From Fibrobacterota bacterium (GTDB lineage Bacteria > Fibrobacterota > Fibrobacteria > UBA11236 > JADFYW01), in NCBI GenBank assembly GCA_042567505.1, contig JBHPJW010000008.1, forward strand, positions 1,515 through 65,514: a stretch of 64,000 nucleotides of DNA, written 5' to 3'. The translations under genes were made by a program, and so were the position numbers. Position 1 is the first letter of the stretch. Each line of letters opens with the position of its first letter. Below, in pieces: positions 1 to 10,300 of this stretch. The notes under the pieces are model-generated. The model was not told the origin of the DNA. It did no database searches and worked only from the letters and a program-made list of their open reading frames with translations.

Positions 1-82
1 TTCCGGACTGTCTGGTTATGCGAAACCTAAGGGCTCGGGAGAGGATTCTCTTTCTGCGGTCATTCGCAACTACAACTCCTCC

Positions 83-1066
83 ATGTCCTACCGTGAAGTG
101 GGCACCTCTGGCATTCAGGTCTCCGCCTTCTCCATTGGGACGGGGAAAACCAGCCTGGAGATTTTAAATGCCGGACTCGACAGGGGAATAAACCTGTTCC
201 ATACTTCCACAAAATATTCTTTGGGACAATCAATAAAGCATGTGGCCAAAGCCATCAAAAACCGTACCGACAAAGTACACATTGCCCTGAAAGACAATTT
301 CAGCTCCCTTGATAAGGCCTTAAAGATCCTGGGTGTGAAACAAGTCGATTTTATCATGTATAACAGGCATAACGCCAAAGAACTGCGAAAGGAAATGCCG
401 GACATTAAAAAGAGCTTTCTGGAGTGGAGGGATAAGGGACTGGTGAAGTACGCCGGCCTAACCACCCATAAGCAAATCGGCGCCTGCCTGGATGTAGCGC
501 TGAAAGAGGATTTTTTTGCCTGTTTAATGCCTTCTATGGGTCCAAACCTTTTTACAGAACTCAAGCCGCAGCGCGAGGCCATGCGGAAAAAACAGATTTC
601 AATTATCGCCATGAAAACCAAGGGGGAGCTCGAAACCGCTGAGTATCCCGGGCAGATTGCCAAAGTACTGTCGGATCCGGTCATTGCCACGATAAACAAA
701 GGCGTGGGTTCTCTTGAAGACCTGGAAACATGGAGCCTGGCCGCCAGCAGGATCAAAACCGGATTTCTGCTGCGGAGGCTGAATGGACACCTTGCCGGCA
801 GCCGGCCTTATACGGGCTGTGGGTTGTGCGGGCGCTGCGAGGACGCCTGCCCCAACGGCGTGGCGGCCGCGGATATAATCCGCTGTATCAGGTATTATCA
901 CGACGCCGAACAGGCGCCGGATATGGCCGCCTGGGAATTTAATGAATTGCGGGCCGGGCGTTCCATCATGAACTGCCGTCAGTGCGGATCTTGCGAGGCT
1001 GCCTGTCCCCAGAGAATTCCGGTGAGGAGTGAAATCATGCGCGCCAAAAATAAGTGGCATGGATAG
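83..1066 (+). CDS. Aldo/keto-reductase-like oxidoreductase with C-terminal 2x[4Fe-4S] ferredoxin-type domain
   Basis: 327-aa ORF. The N-terminal sequence is AKR-like (GTSGIQVSAFSIGTG). The C-terminus carries two CxxCxxCxxxCP motifs (CGLCGRCEDACP and CRQCGSCEAACP). Confidence 0.7.
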   Translation: MSYREVGTSGIQVSAFSIGTGKTSLEILNAGLDRGINLFHTSTKYSLGQSIKHVAKAIKNRTDKVHIALKDNFSSLDKALKILGVKQVDFIMYNRHNAKELRKEMPDIKKSFLEWRDKGLVKYAGLTTHKQIGACLDVALKEDFFACLMPSMGPNLFTELKPQREAMRKKQISIIAMKTKGELETAEYPGQIAKVLSDPVIATINKGVGSLEDLETWSLAASRIKTGFLLRRLNGHLAGSRPYTGCGLCGRCEDACPNGVAAADIIRCIRYYHDAEQAPDMAAWEFNELRAGRSIMNCRQCGSCEAACPQRIPVRSEIMRAKNKWHG

Positions 1067-1137
1067 CCGGCTGTGTAGTATACTATGATGCTGCGGGGAT
1101 AAGTAATTTTCAGATGACCTGAAATCCAGAGAAAGAC

Positions 1138-2109
1138 GTGAAGACCAAGACAACAAGTTTCAAAGGACAGAATCTCAACGGCGGACGTTCTGCCGCAGGC
1201 GTGCCAGCTGCAGATTTCGGCCTTATTGTCTTTTTTGTGCTGCTTGCCTGCGTACCTGTTTTTCCCCTTTCCCTTCCGGATAAAATCCTGGCAGACGAAA
1301 CCTTTACCGCCATATCCAAGCAGGAGGAATACGGCCGAAGCACGCTCTACGAACTGATTAACGGTGGCGCTGACGTATACCTGGATGCAGGATTTCAAAG
1401 GTGCTTTTCAAGGAGATATAAGTCAGACTCCAATGAGGTGGAAATTGAAGTGAATGTGCATGATATGGGAGGAATCCTCCAGGCTTTCGGACTTTTCCGT
1501 CAATTAAACAGCAGCAGCAAATCCCAGGACAGCATTGGGGCCGAGGCGGTAGCGGGAAAACTTCGCTCCATGTTCTGGAAAGATCGGTTTTATGTGGAAG
1601 TCCTGGACAAATCCTCAAAGCCTTTTGAAGAATCCCGTTTGAAAGAGCATATGAAAGCAATCGCGGCTCTGGTGCCGGGAAACGATTCTCTTCCTCCTCA
1701 GCTTACCTGGTTCCCGGAATCCCGGAGGAAAGACAGAAGCGAGTTTTACTTTCATCAGAATTTTCTGTCCAGGGGGTTCCTGAGAAAGGTGATCGCCGCC
1801 GATTACGAAACGGCCAGCGGGACCGCCACCCTGTTTGTGTTGATGACAAGTTCACAGAAAAATGCGCGTCTGGCGTTTTTCAAGTTGGGAAAAGCCTATC
1901 CGGAAAGAAAGCTCCTGGAAGGAGATTACCGGCTGGCGGAACTAAACCCGATATTCACCGATGAATTGCTGGCAGTGGTAAGGGGCAACAAAATAATCGG
2001 GGTCAAGGGAAATTGCGCACCTTCCTATAAGGTGTCCCTGATAGAAAAGTGTTCGAAACGGGTAATGAAATTCGATTTACCGTTTTTCTTTGATGAAGAA
2101 GGCCCTTGA
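1138..2109 (+). CDS. Hypothetical membrane-anchored or secreted protein
   Basis: 323-aa ORF with a GTG start. A hydrophobic N-terminal segment (FGLIVFFVLLACVPVF) is present. No family was recognised. Confidence 0.5.
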   Translation: MKTKTTSFKGQNLNGGRSAAGVPAADFGLIVFFVLLACVPVFPLSLPDKILADETFTAISKQEEYGRSTLYELINGGADVYLDAGFQRCFSRRYKSDSNEVEIEVNVHDMGGILQAFGLFRQLNSSSKSQDSIGAEAVAGKLRSMFWKDRFYVEVLDKSSKPFEESRLKEHMKAIAALVPGNDSLPPQLTWFPESRRKDRSEFYFHQNFLSRGFLRKVIAADYETASGTATLFVLMTSSQKNARLAFFKLGKAYPERKLLEGDYRLAELNPIFTDELLAVVRGNKIIGVKGNCAPSYKVSLIEKCSKRVMKFDLPFFFDEEGP

Positions 2110-2300
2110 GGGAAAGCACTCATCCATCGGCATACATGGTAAAGGGATAACCAGCCTTTGGCAGAGGGTGTCGGGCGGGCAGTCGGGATGGACAGGGTAA
2201 CCCGGCTGGCACATTTCGCAAACGCATAAAGCCTTCTAAGGGGTAGAAGTAAAAAAAAAATACCCTAAATAAAGTATCGAGGTTTATTAACCCCTGATAA

Positions 2301-2323
2301 AACCGGTGGCCGGTTTATTTTTT
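2301..2323 (+). terminator. Possible intrinsic terminator between convergent genes
   Basis: AACCGG-TGG-CCGGTT hairpin followed by TTTATTTTTT. It overlaps the stop codon of the convergent minus-strand ORF. Confidence 0.35.
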
Positions 2324-2713
2324 CTCAATTTTTTCCGGCGCGGATGGGGGGGCGGACTCTTCCTTTTCTTTCCTCAATGCCGATGGGATTGGTTTTTGTT
2401 CCTTTGGAGAAGTAAAGGAAATAAGGGTTGACAGGTCAATTTTATCAGGTCCCACTGTGAGGCCCGCAGCGGTCTGGTATGGCACAACCACCAGCATTCC
2501 GCCGTCAATGGTTTCGATATATTGCCAGAGACGCCCGGTTTCGGTATCAAGCATGTATTGGTCGGAATGATTCTCGGATATCTGGCCAAATACGTATTTC
2601 CCCTTGCTTGAAAGAACCCTGAAACCGGTCAGTTTTTCCCAGGGTGTTTTTGCGAAACCCAAGTGAATGCCGGCCATCAGAAGAAATACCAAAAGTCGCA
2701 TTAAAACCTCCAT
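2315..2713 (-). CDS. Small hypothetical secreted protein
   Basis: 132-aa ORF with an N-terminal signal-like segment (LLVFLLMAGIHLGFA) and a Lys/Glu/Pro-rich tail. Confidence 0.45.
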   Translation of the reverse strand: MEVLMRLLVFLLMAGIHLGFAKTPWEKLTGFRVLSSKGKYVFGQISENHSDQYMLDTETGRLWQYIETIDGGMLVVVPYQTAAGLTVGPDKIDLSTLISFTSPKEQKPIPSALRKEKEESAPPSAPEKIEKK

Positions 2714-2802
2714 GGTGTGAGTAGAAACCTCAAGTTAATCATGAATAACAACAGTTTATCCCTGGCATAATGGGAAAGTAATTAAATCGTTCCCAGGGAG
2801 GC

Positions 2803-2833
2803 AAAAAAAAACCGGAGAGAGATTCTCACCGGT
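2803..2833 (-). terminator. Putative intrinsic terminator of the 2880..3698 gene
   Basis: ACCGGAGAGA-GAT-TCTCACCGGT stem-loop (one A/A mismatch). On the minus strand it is followed by a T8 run (plus-strand A run at 2803-2810). Confidence 0.4.
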
Positions 2834-2879
2834 ACTTTAAAAAAAATAGGCTGCTCACACCTGCGGCCGCGGCGCCGGC

Positions 2880-3698
2880 TCAGTTGTTTTTACATCCGCA
2901 ATTTCCGTAGTTCCAGGGATCAAAATCGTAGTTAATTTTCTGTGGATGAGCCTGCCATTCCGAGACATGAGTCTTCTGCTTCAGCTTGTTTGAATCAAAA
3001 TCATAGACATGGATGACGCCCGGTTTGCGGGTTGAAGAGCCTGCTTTACGCAGGGGTTGAATTGGCTCTGTGTAAAAGTACGTCCCGCCCGCCTTATACC
3101 ATTGCAGAATATGGGGTATATGGAAACGCTTGAACAAGAGCTGCCGGTGTCGAAGATCGAATGCGGCTAATCCAGGCAGGTCTGAGTGGTATTCGCTGAA
3201 AAGTATCGAGTCTCCGGCTAAAAAGTAATAGCCTCCCGGCAGGTTGGTAACATTGCCCTGCCTGTCGATAAGTTTCAGCAAGCCGTCATAATCACCTACC
3301 TTTACTACCAGGAAAAATTCTTTAGACGGCTGCTGCTGGGGAACGAAAAGGCCGTACTCGCCCTCCACCGGGGCGATGTCGGGATAGTTGAATTCCTTAA
3401 CGGTTACTCCCTGCTTCTCTATGGAGAGCCAGGCGCGGCAGAGATAAAAACTGTTGCCTCCCGCAGAAGAGGGATCTTTGCGTCTCACGTGAGTTATCCT
3501 TATGGTAACGTCACCATGCGGATAGGTCTGTTCGTGAATTTCAAACAAGTTTCTGGGGTAGTCCTTTGGATTAAACTCAACGCTGCCATATCCGGCCAGG
3601 CAGGTCTGGGCCAGCAGAGCTATCAGGCATGTTATTACATAGATAGGCATGAGTGGTTGTCCCGGTTCTTCAGATTTTCGATTTAATGATGTCATCAT
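2880..3698 (-). CDS. Hypothetical secreted protein
   Basis: 272-aa ORF with a signal-like segment (IYVITCLIALLAQTCLAG). No family was recognised. Confidence 0.5.
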   Translation of the reverse strand: MMTSLNRKSEEPGQPLMPIYVITCLIALLAQTCLAGYGSVEFNPKDYPRNLFEIHEQTYPHGDVTIRITHVRRKDPSSAGGNSFYLCRAWLSIEKQGVTVKEFNYPDIAPVEGEYGLFVPQQQPSKEFFLVVKVGDYDGLLKLIDRQGNVTNLPGGYYFLAGDSILFSEYHSDLPGLAAFDLRHRQLLFKRFHIPHILQWYKAGGTYFYTEPIQPLRKAGSSTRKPGVIHVYDFDSNKLKQKTHVSEWQAHPQKINYDFDPWNYGNCGCKNN

Positions 3699-4126
3699 CT
3701 ACCCCCCACTTTGGCGATGACCTGGATTTACTGTGAAAGAGTTATCTTAAAAGCCGCCTTTCGCATTGAAAACTGAAACAAGATTACTCGTTGGATTCTG
3801 GTAAATATTGAGCGGTTGGAATTACTCGGGTGAAACTTTGAGCAATTCTTATAGTAATTTTCGAATATTTTTAGCCTTAAGTTCAAGGAAAAAATACAGA
3901 AAAATTAAAATAGCACTGAAATTGTCGATTGGCGCCTATTTTCAATATACATTTTTCCTTCAAATCGGGTAGTTATTTCCTTTTTTTGTGTAATTTGAAC
4001 TTTCTAAGCAATAGTCTTCTGCAGATAAATACGCCGGAAATTCGATGGGTTGGGCTTGACGAGGAAGCCAAAGCATGTCATGACGGATTCCGGCTGCCAC
4101 GGCCTAGAGTAAATTATGACTCGAAG

Positions 4127-5998
4127 TTAATTCGGCATGATTTCGGCATTCACCGGAATGTACCCTGTTTTTTCATCCAACAGCCGGGCCAGTTGCACCA
4201 GCCGGATAAATTCAGCCCGGTAACCTTCATCGTCCTTTCCCCTGGCTTTTTTTGCCATGTCAATAATTCCCGAATAACTAATAGTACCCTTTTGTTTGGA
4301 ACCCCTGAGCAGCATTCCAAAACCGGCCACTGCGGCTGAAAAACGGAAGTCCGCGGACATGTCTGAAAGCTTGACTACTCTGTCCTTCAGGGGCTTGACA
4401 ATCAATTTGCTCACCGTGTCCTGCGGGGACTTGTAGCGGAACTTCACGGTAAGCAATTCGCTTGAATGTATATTATTAAGGGCATTGGGGTTCTGGTACT
4501 TGAGGGCGTCTATCCCGGGAAGTTCAATCTCAACTCCCGCCGGGACGACTTGATACAGCGCTGTGACCGTGTGTCCAGCCCCGAGTTCGCCCGCGTCTTT
4601 TTTGTCATTATTGAAATCTTCGGCTTTCAACATCCTGTTTTCGTATCCGATTAGGCGGTATGCCTTTACCCGGTCGGGATTGAATTCCACCTGGATTTTC
4701 ACATCTTTGGCTATAGTCATCAGAGTGCCGCCTATTTCATTTATCAGCACCTTTTTCGCCTCCATGATATTGTCTATGTACGCGTAATTGCCGTTGCCCC
4801 TGCCGGCCAGTTTCTCCATTTTAGAGTCTTTATAATTACCCCTGCCGAATCCCAGGACGGTCAGGTAAACACCGGTTTTCCTCTTCTGTTCTATCATGCG
4901 CACCAGTTCGCCGTCGCTGGAAACGCCGAGGTTGAAGTCGCCGTCGGTGGCCAGTATCACCCGGTTGTTGCCGTTTTTCATAAAAGTATCCCATGCCATT
5001 TTATAAGCCAGCGTAATCCCGGCGCCGCCGGCAGTTGAGCCTCCGGCCCGCAGCTTTTCCAGGGTCTCCAGGATTATCATTTTCTTGTCTCCCGAGGTGG
5101 GAGGAAGGACTGTCCCGGCCGCGCCGGCGTACACCGCAATGGATACCATGTCTTCCGGGCGCAGTTGGTCTACCAGCAGCTTCATGGCCTTTTTGAGCAA
5201 GGGGAGCTTGCCCGGCGAATTCATGGAACCGGACACGTCCAGCAGGAACACCAGGTTGCTGGGGGGCAGGTCTTTTTTGTCCATGCGCTTGCCCTGCAGC
5301 CCGATATGCACCAGTTTATGCCGGGACTCCCAGGGACATTCAGATACTTCGGCGGTGATGGAAAACGGGTCCGCGCTTTTTGGCTGGGGATAGTCGTAAC
5401 TGAAATAATTGATAAATTCTTCAATTCTTACCGCGTCCTGAGGAGGCATCCGGCCGGCGTTTAAGAACCTTCTCACATTGGCATAGGATGCCGCGTCCAC
5501 GTCAATGGAAAACGTTGATAACGGATTTCTAAGGGTCTCGCGAAAGGCGTTTTCATAAATCCGGTCGTATTGCTCTGTGTTGTGCCGGACCACCGGATAG
5601 GAATTATCAGCATACCCCATGCCGCCGAACCGGGGAGCGGGAGCGCCCATGGCCGATCTTTTCGCCATCATGGGAGCGCGAGCTTTTCCTGACCGTCCCC
5701 TGACCTTGGCTGGAGCAGATGCCGGACCCACCATCAATGGTTCCGCCGGAATTCCTTCAACGGCCCGCACTTCAGCCATGTGTTCCCGTTCTTCCGGTTG
5801 CGGCGCGGGAGTTGCTTTTTTTTCAGTCCGCTGCTCCGGAGCGGGGACCTGGGCCGTCTGTTCCTTTTTGGTTTCCGGAACAGCAGTCAGCTCGGTCATG
5901 TTCTGTTTGCCTGCGGCCTGCTCTTCCACCTGGGAGGACTTTTTAAAACATCCCGGGAGCAGGATGAAGATAAATGACAGGGTAATTAAGGTTTTCAT
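4127..5998 (-). CDS. von Willebrand factor A domain lipoprotein (YfbK-like architecture)
   Basis: 623-aa ORF. It has a lipobox-like N-terminus (ILLPGCF) and a Pro/Ala/Glu-rich linker. The vWA MIDAS region reads LVFLLDVSGSM...ILATDGDFN, followed by a long conserved C-terminal extension typical of YfbK-type proteins. Confidence 0.8.
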   Translation of the reverse strand: MKTLITLSFIFILLPGCFKKSSQVEEQAAGKQNMTELTAVPETKKEQTAQVPAPEQRTEKKATPAPQPEEREHMAEVRAVEGIPAEPLMVGPASAPAKVRGRSGKARAPMMAKRSAMGAPAPRFGGMGYADNSYPVVRHNTEQYDRIYENAFRETLRNPLSTFSIDVDAASYANVRRFLNAGRMPPQDAVRIEEFINYFSYDYPQPKSADPFSITAEVSECPWESRHKLVHIGLQGKRMDKKDLPPSNLVFLLDVSGSMNSPGKLPLLKKAMKLLVDQLRPEDMVSIAVYAGAAGTVLPPTSGDKKMIILETLEKLRAGGSTAGGAGITLAYKMAWDTFMKNGNNRVILATDGDFNLGVSSDGELVRMIEQKRKTGVYLTVLGFGRGNYKDSKMEKLAGRGNGNYAYIDNIMEAKKVLINEIGGTLMTIAKDVKIQVEFNPDRVKAYRLIGYENRMLKAEDFNNDKKDAGELGAGHTVTALYQVVPAGVEIELPGIDALKYQNPNALNNIHSSELLTVKFRYKSPQDTVSKLIVKPLKDRVVKLSDMSADFRFSAAVAGFGMLLRGSKQKGTISYSGIIDMAKKARGKDDEGYRAEFIRLVQLARLLDEKTGYIPVNAEIMPN

Positions 5999-6170
5999 TT
6001 TGATTCTCCTTTTGTTCAGGTTTTTCTATCCGTGATCCCGGATTTTTAATCAATATTCCTGGTTTGGGGACTTGATGTAACCTTTAGACAGGAGAAGCGG
6101 GAAAAAGTTCCAGGAATTAGAAAGTGTGTGCTGAGATGGCGGAGTGGAGAAGAGAACCTGCCGTTATAAT

Positions 6171-6290
6171 ATGTCACGCCGGGCTCCGACCCGGCGTCTT
6201 GCTATAGTAAATTATAGTTCGAGTGTTCTTTGGCAAGACGCTGTCCCGGGATTGACCCGGGATTCCGGGTCGGAGCCCGGAATGACAGTA
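6171..6290. repeat. Nested-hairpin REP/MITE-like element, copy A
   Basis: It is a chain of hairpins: ACGCCGGG/CCCGGCGT, CGTCTTGC/GCAAGACG and ATTCCGGG/CCCGGAAT, ending in TGACA. CCGGGCTCCGACCCGG at the left is the reverse complement of CCGGGTCGGAGCCCGG at the right. A roughly 50-nt core is shared with 15618-15668. Confidence 0.6.
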
Positions 6291-6378
6291 ATAAGCGTCT
6301 TTCGAAACAATCGAACTGAGGAACCGGGGAAATTCGAAGTGGGGGAGGGTAACGAAGACAAGGACGGTTTGAACTGGA

Positions 6379-6972
6379 TTAGGACAATCGCGTGAGAATC
6401 TCTTCCAGATTCATCCCCAGCTTCACGCGGATCTGCTGCACGTGCTTTTCAATGGAAGTTTTAAAAGCCTCCGCGATTTCCTCTTTGGTAAAGCCTCTCA
6501 ACCGCATTCTGATGATGTACTTCTCCATGTGGGTCAATTTTTCCCATCGGGAATCTGTCTGGAGCTGTATCTCAAGAAGATCATGGATGTCCTCGGGGAA
6601 GAACGCCTTTCCTTCCGCGGCCATTACCACGGCTCTGGTGGGATCGTCATACTCAGCCTTGTATAAAAAGCTGATAGCGCCCATTTTAAAACTTTTTATC
6701 AAATCGTCTCTGTGGATGGAAGCCATGATCACGGGCACGTTTAAGGTCTTTCTTGTCCATTCAAGCAGATCAAAACCAACCGGTTCAGCGCCGAACCACA
6801 CATTCATGATTATAACCGAAGGGGATAAGACGGATACGTTCCCCAGGTATTCTTCAGCTGTTAAGAAATTACCGATTATTTTAATCCGCGGCTCCCTGGA
6901 AAGCATGTTCTCCCATACTTCTATTACCTTGGGGTGGTCTTCGCAGATTACAACATTGATATCTTCAGACAT
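6379..6972 (-). CDS. NarL/LuxR-family response-regulator-like protein with atypical receiver
   Basis: 197-aa ORF with an N-terminal receiver-like fold (VVICEDHP..., IMAS, FLYK) and a C-terminal LuxR helix-turn-helix (LTHMEKYIIRMRLRGFTKEEIAEAFKTSIEKHVQQIRVKLG). The position expected for the phospho-acceptor Asp reads Asn (VIIMNVWFG). Confidence 0.8.
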   Translation of the reverse strand: MSEDINVVICEDHPKVIEVWENMLSREPRIKIIGNFLTAEEYLGNVSVLSPSVIIMNVWFGAEPVGFDLLEWTRKTLNVPVIMASIHRDDLIKSFKMGAISFLYKAEYDDPTRAVVMAAEGKAFFPEDIHDLLEIQLQTDSRWEKLTHMEKYIIRMRLRGFTKEEIAEAFKTSIEKHVQQIRVKLGMNLEEILTRLS

Positions 6973-7125
6973 ATCACTACAATTTTATCATAATGCGTTC
7001 CAGGATGCAAAAAAAGAGTGATCAGGTTTTCAGGGGATAAACAGTGGTAGGAATAGTTAGCGTTTGTAACACAATAAAATAAGGACCGGACTGAAAGACA
7101 GGTATTTGAAAAAAAGAGGATTTTA

Positions 7126-7201
7126 TGGAGCGGGTTAAGAGACTCGAACCCTCGACCTTCTGCATGGCAAGCAGATGCTCTACCAACTGAGCTAAACCCG
7201 C
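7126..7201 (-). tRNA. tRNA-Gly (anticodon GCC), CCA encoded
   Basis: 76-nt cloverleaf read on the minus strand. The acceptor stem is GCGGGTT/AACCCGC and the D arm is GCTC-AGTTGGTA-GAGC. The anticodon stem is TCTGC/GCAGA with loop TTGCCAT. The T arm is GAGGG-TTCGAGT-CTCTT (two G:U pairs), followed by a 3' TCCA. Confidence 0.9.
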
Positions 7202-7373
7202 ACCTAGCCGATAAATTCTAAAAATAATCCCTGGCCGTCAAGATGATACAGGATATCCGGGAGAGAAGGTTGTTGAGAAAGATTCCGGCGTTTGCCGGAA
7301 GAACAGCAGTAGTTTGCTCCGGCATGGGCATGAACTAGGAAATTTCCCGCCTTCACGGGGAATAACAATGCCA

Positions 7374-10300
7374 CTATTTTGGGATTAATGATGCGTCGCC
7401 GCCGAATTTTTTGAATTTCTTGAACTGTTTGGCGGCTCCTTTTTTATCACCGGCCTTAACCAGTGCCGTGCCAAGCAGCAGATAACCCATGGGCCGTTCC
7501 GGGCAGCGGGAAATAGCACCTTCTGAAGCTATTTTCGCGTGATTGTGATCCTTCCTGGCCAGGCCGGATTTTGCTGAAACCAGGAGCAGGTCGCATGAAA
7601 AGGGGTGTTTCTTAAGCGCTGTTTGGATCAGCTCAACAGCCTGGTCAGTCTTGCCGAGTTTGAGCAGTACTTCGGTCCGGGCCGCCTGGGCCCAGGGGCC
7701 GACCCTGCTGTTTTCCTTCATCTTCCTAGCCCACTTTTGCGCTTTGTTTGTTTTGCCGATCTTTAAATAATACCGTACCAGTCGCAGTATCACTTCAGGG
7801 TACCATTTCATTTCCAGGGATTTAAGCAGGTGATGTTCCACCGCCTCGTTCTTCTTCTCTTTTTCAAAGACCAGGGCAAGCCCAAGATAGCCCCGGGACT
7901 GCCACAGAGTATCCTGGAATTTCCTCAACTCATGAAAGATATCCTTTGCCTTTTCCAGTTTGCCCAATTCTGTCCTGCAAATGCCAATCATGTATTTAAT
8001 CTCCGGATTCTGGACGTCAAATACCAGGCCCCGGTTGAACTCATCCTCGGCATCGGAGAAGTCTCCAAGTTTATATTGACGCAGGCCGGAGACAAAGAAG
8101 AATTCAGCATTGTCTCTTTCTTGCTGGGGGACGGTTTTCAGTATTTCCTTGGCCTTATCCAGGTCCCCCTGGAAAAGATGAGCCTTAGCCAGTATAATTT
8201 TGACTTTCGGGCTTTTCTTATATTCAGATTTGCTGATTATGCCTATTGCCGAGTCCGGCCGGTTTTTTCTGATGTACAAATCCGCCAGTTGGGAAACGGC
8301 TGTGGGAGAGGAAGCCTGTGCCTTGTAATTCCTGGCGTATTGTTTTATGGCGGTTTCTTTCTGTCCCAGGCGAGAAAGACAGTCAGCGTAGATCTCACGG
8401 TATTTTGAGGAGAGCTTGGCTTTTACCGGGCCCAGGGCCTTTACCGTTTCCTTCAGCTCATCAGAGCTATAAAAAATGCCTCCAAGGAATTCGGAATAGT
8501 TCACATTTTCAGGAGCGTATTTCAATGCTTGCAGCATGTGGTCAATAGCGATGCCGGACTGGTTGTTTTTCATGCAGGTTTTCGCCAACAGGAAATGGGC
8601 TTCATGAAAGTCTTCCTTTTCCGCGATGACATTTTTTAACAGGGCTTCCGCCCGCGTGGTTTGGTTCACCTCCAGGTAGAGGCCGGCCAGGTGGAATTTC
8701 AGCTTGATCCCCTTATACCCCAGATCAAGGGCGTTCTGGAGGGCGGCCCTGGCCCTGGCTTTTTTCCCCTGCTTGAGACTCAATCGGCCGTATTCTTTCC
8801 AGACCACAGCGGCTTTTCCAGGTTTTCCCTGGGCCCGGTACGCGTCTGTGAGCGTGACGGTCAGGGTTGAATCCGTAGGCTTAAGTTCCCGGGCCCTTTC
8901 ATAGAAAAGCAGAGCCTTATTCAACTTTTTCGAGTTGTGCAGCAATCTGCCCAGTTTAACGTTGTACTTAAAATCTCCCGAAAATTGTTCATGGTATTTT
9001 AAATAAAGGTCCAGGGCTTTTTTTTGTTCTCCGTTTTTTTCATACAGCATTGCCAGTTCCCTGGCAGCTTTGTGGTCGTTGGGTTTAAGATGCAGGTATT
9101 TCCAGCGGTATTTTCTGGCCTTGGGGTGATCGTCATCAAACAGGCCGGCCAGCTCAAGCAAGGCGGCATGGTCCTCCGGGCGCTTCTTTATGAATTGTTC
9201 CAGCTTGGCGGCCAGCTCTTTCTTCTGCAAGGGATCGCGGTAATGCTTGATGAGGACAATCAGTACGTCCTCGGACCCGGGGTGCCGCTTCAGAAGAGCC
9301 TCATATTCCTCCATTGCTTTATTACGCTTGTCCAGCTTTACCAGAGCCTGGCATTGCCTCTTCCAGTCAGACACTCTGATTCTTTTCCGGTCGAGCTTCT
9401 TAAAATATAACAGGGACTGTTGGTATTGTTTCAACTGGTAATGACCCAGCGCCAGCCGCCTGTTTGAATTAAAATTCATTTGTTTTAACTGCTTCAGGAA
9501 GTTGACGGATTTATCATACTTCCCCCTCTTGAAATAAAGAATGCCTCCGGCCTCCAGAAGCTGCTGCTGTTCTGGTTCCTTTGAAACGCGCTTATTAATT
9601 TCCTTGAGAAAGGCGCTGGTGTCGAGCTTGATCTTTTTGCCTTTGATCACAGAAGAGATTTTTTTCCAGAAGGCTTTTTCCGCGGCTGCTTTCCTTTTCT
9701 TCTCCGCCTCAACCCTGGCGATGCTGTCTCTGCGTGCTTGTTCCAACATTGCCTTTTCCGCTTTGGCAATACTGTCCTTGCGCGCTTTTTCCGCCCGGGC
9801 GATACTATCCTTGCGTGCTTTCTCAACGCGGGCAATGCTGTCCTTACGGGTCTTTTCCGCACGGGCGATACTGTCTCTGCGCGCTTTTTCAACCCTGGCT
9901 ATACTGTCCTCACGGGCCTTTTTAACTCGGGCAATACTATCCCTTCTGGCTTTTTCCACACGCGCGATGCTGTCTTTGCGCGCCTTCTCAACTCTGGCAG
10001 CGCTGTCTTTTCTGGCCTGTTCCAGCCTGGCAAATTTTTCAACTTCAGCTATACTGTCCCTTCTGGCCTTTTCCGCTCTGGCAAGGCTGTCCTTGCGCGC
10101 TTTATCCACTTTAGCGATGCTGTCCTGAATAGCTTTTTCCAAACGCGCGAGGCTGTCTTTCCGGATTTTTTCCACCCGGGCAACGCTGTCCTGAATTGCT
10201 TTTTGAATTTTGACGATACTTTGTTTCAGATTTCTGACCCAAGTAAGTTTTTCCTTTATGGCCGGGGGTGCGTTTGGGTCTGCCCCCAGTTTCTCAACCA

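Noticed and set aside
9711-10205. The regular 33-bp repeat considered as a possible CRISPR array
   Set aside because: There are no unique spacers between the repeats. The units are contiguous, in frame and encode a conserved 11-aa motif. No cas genes are present in the window.
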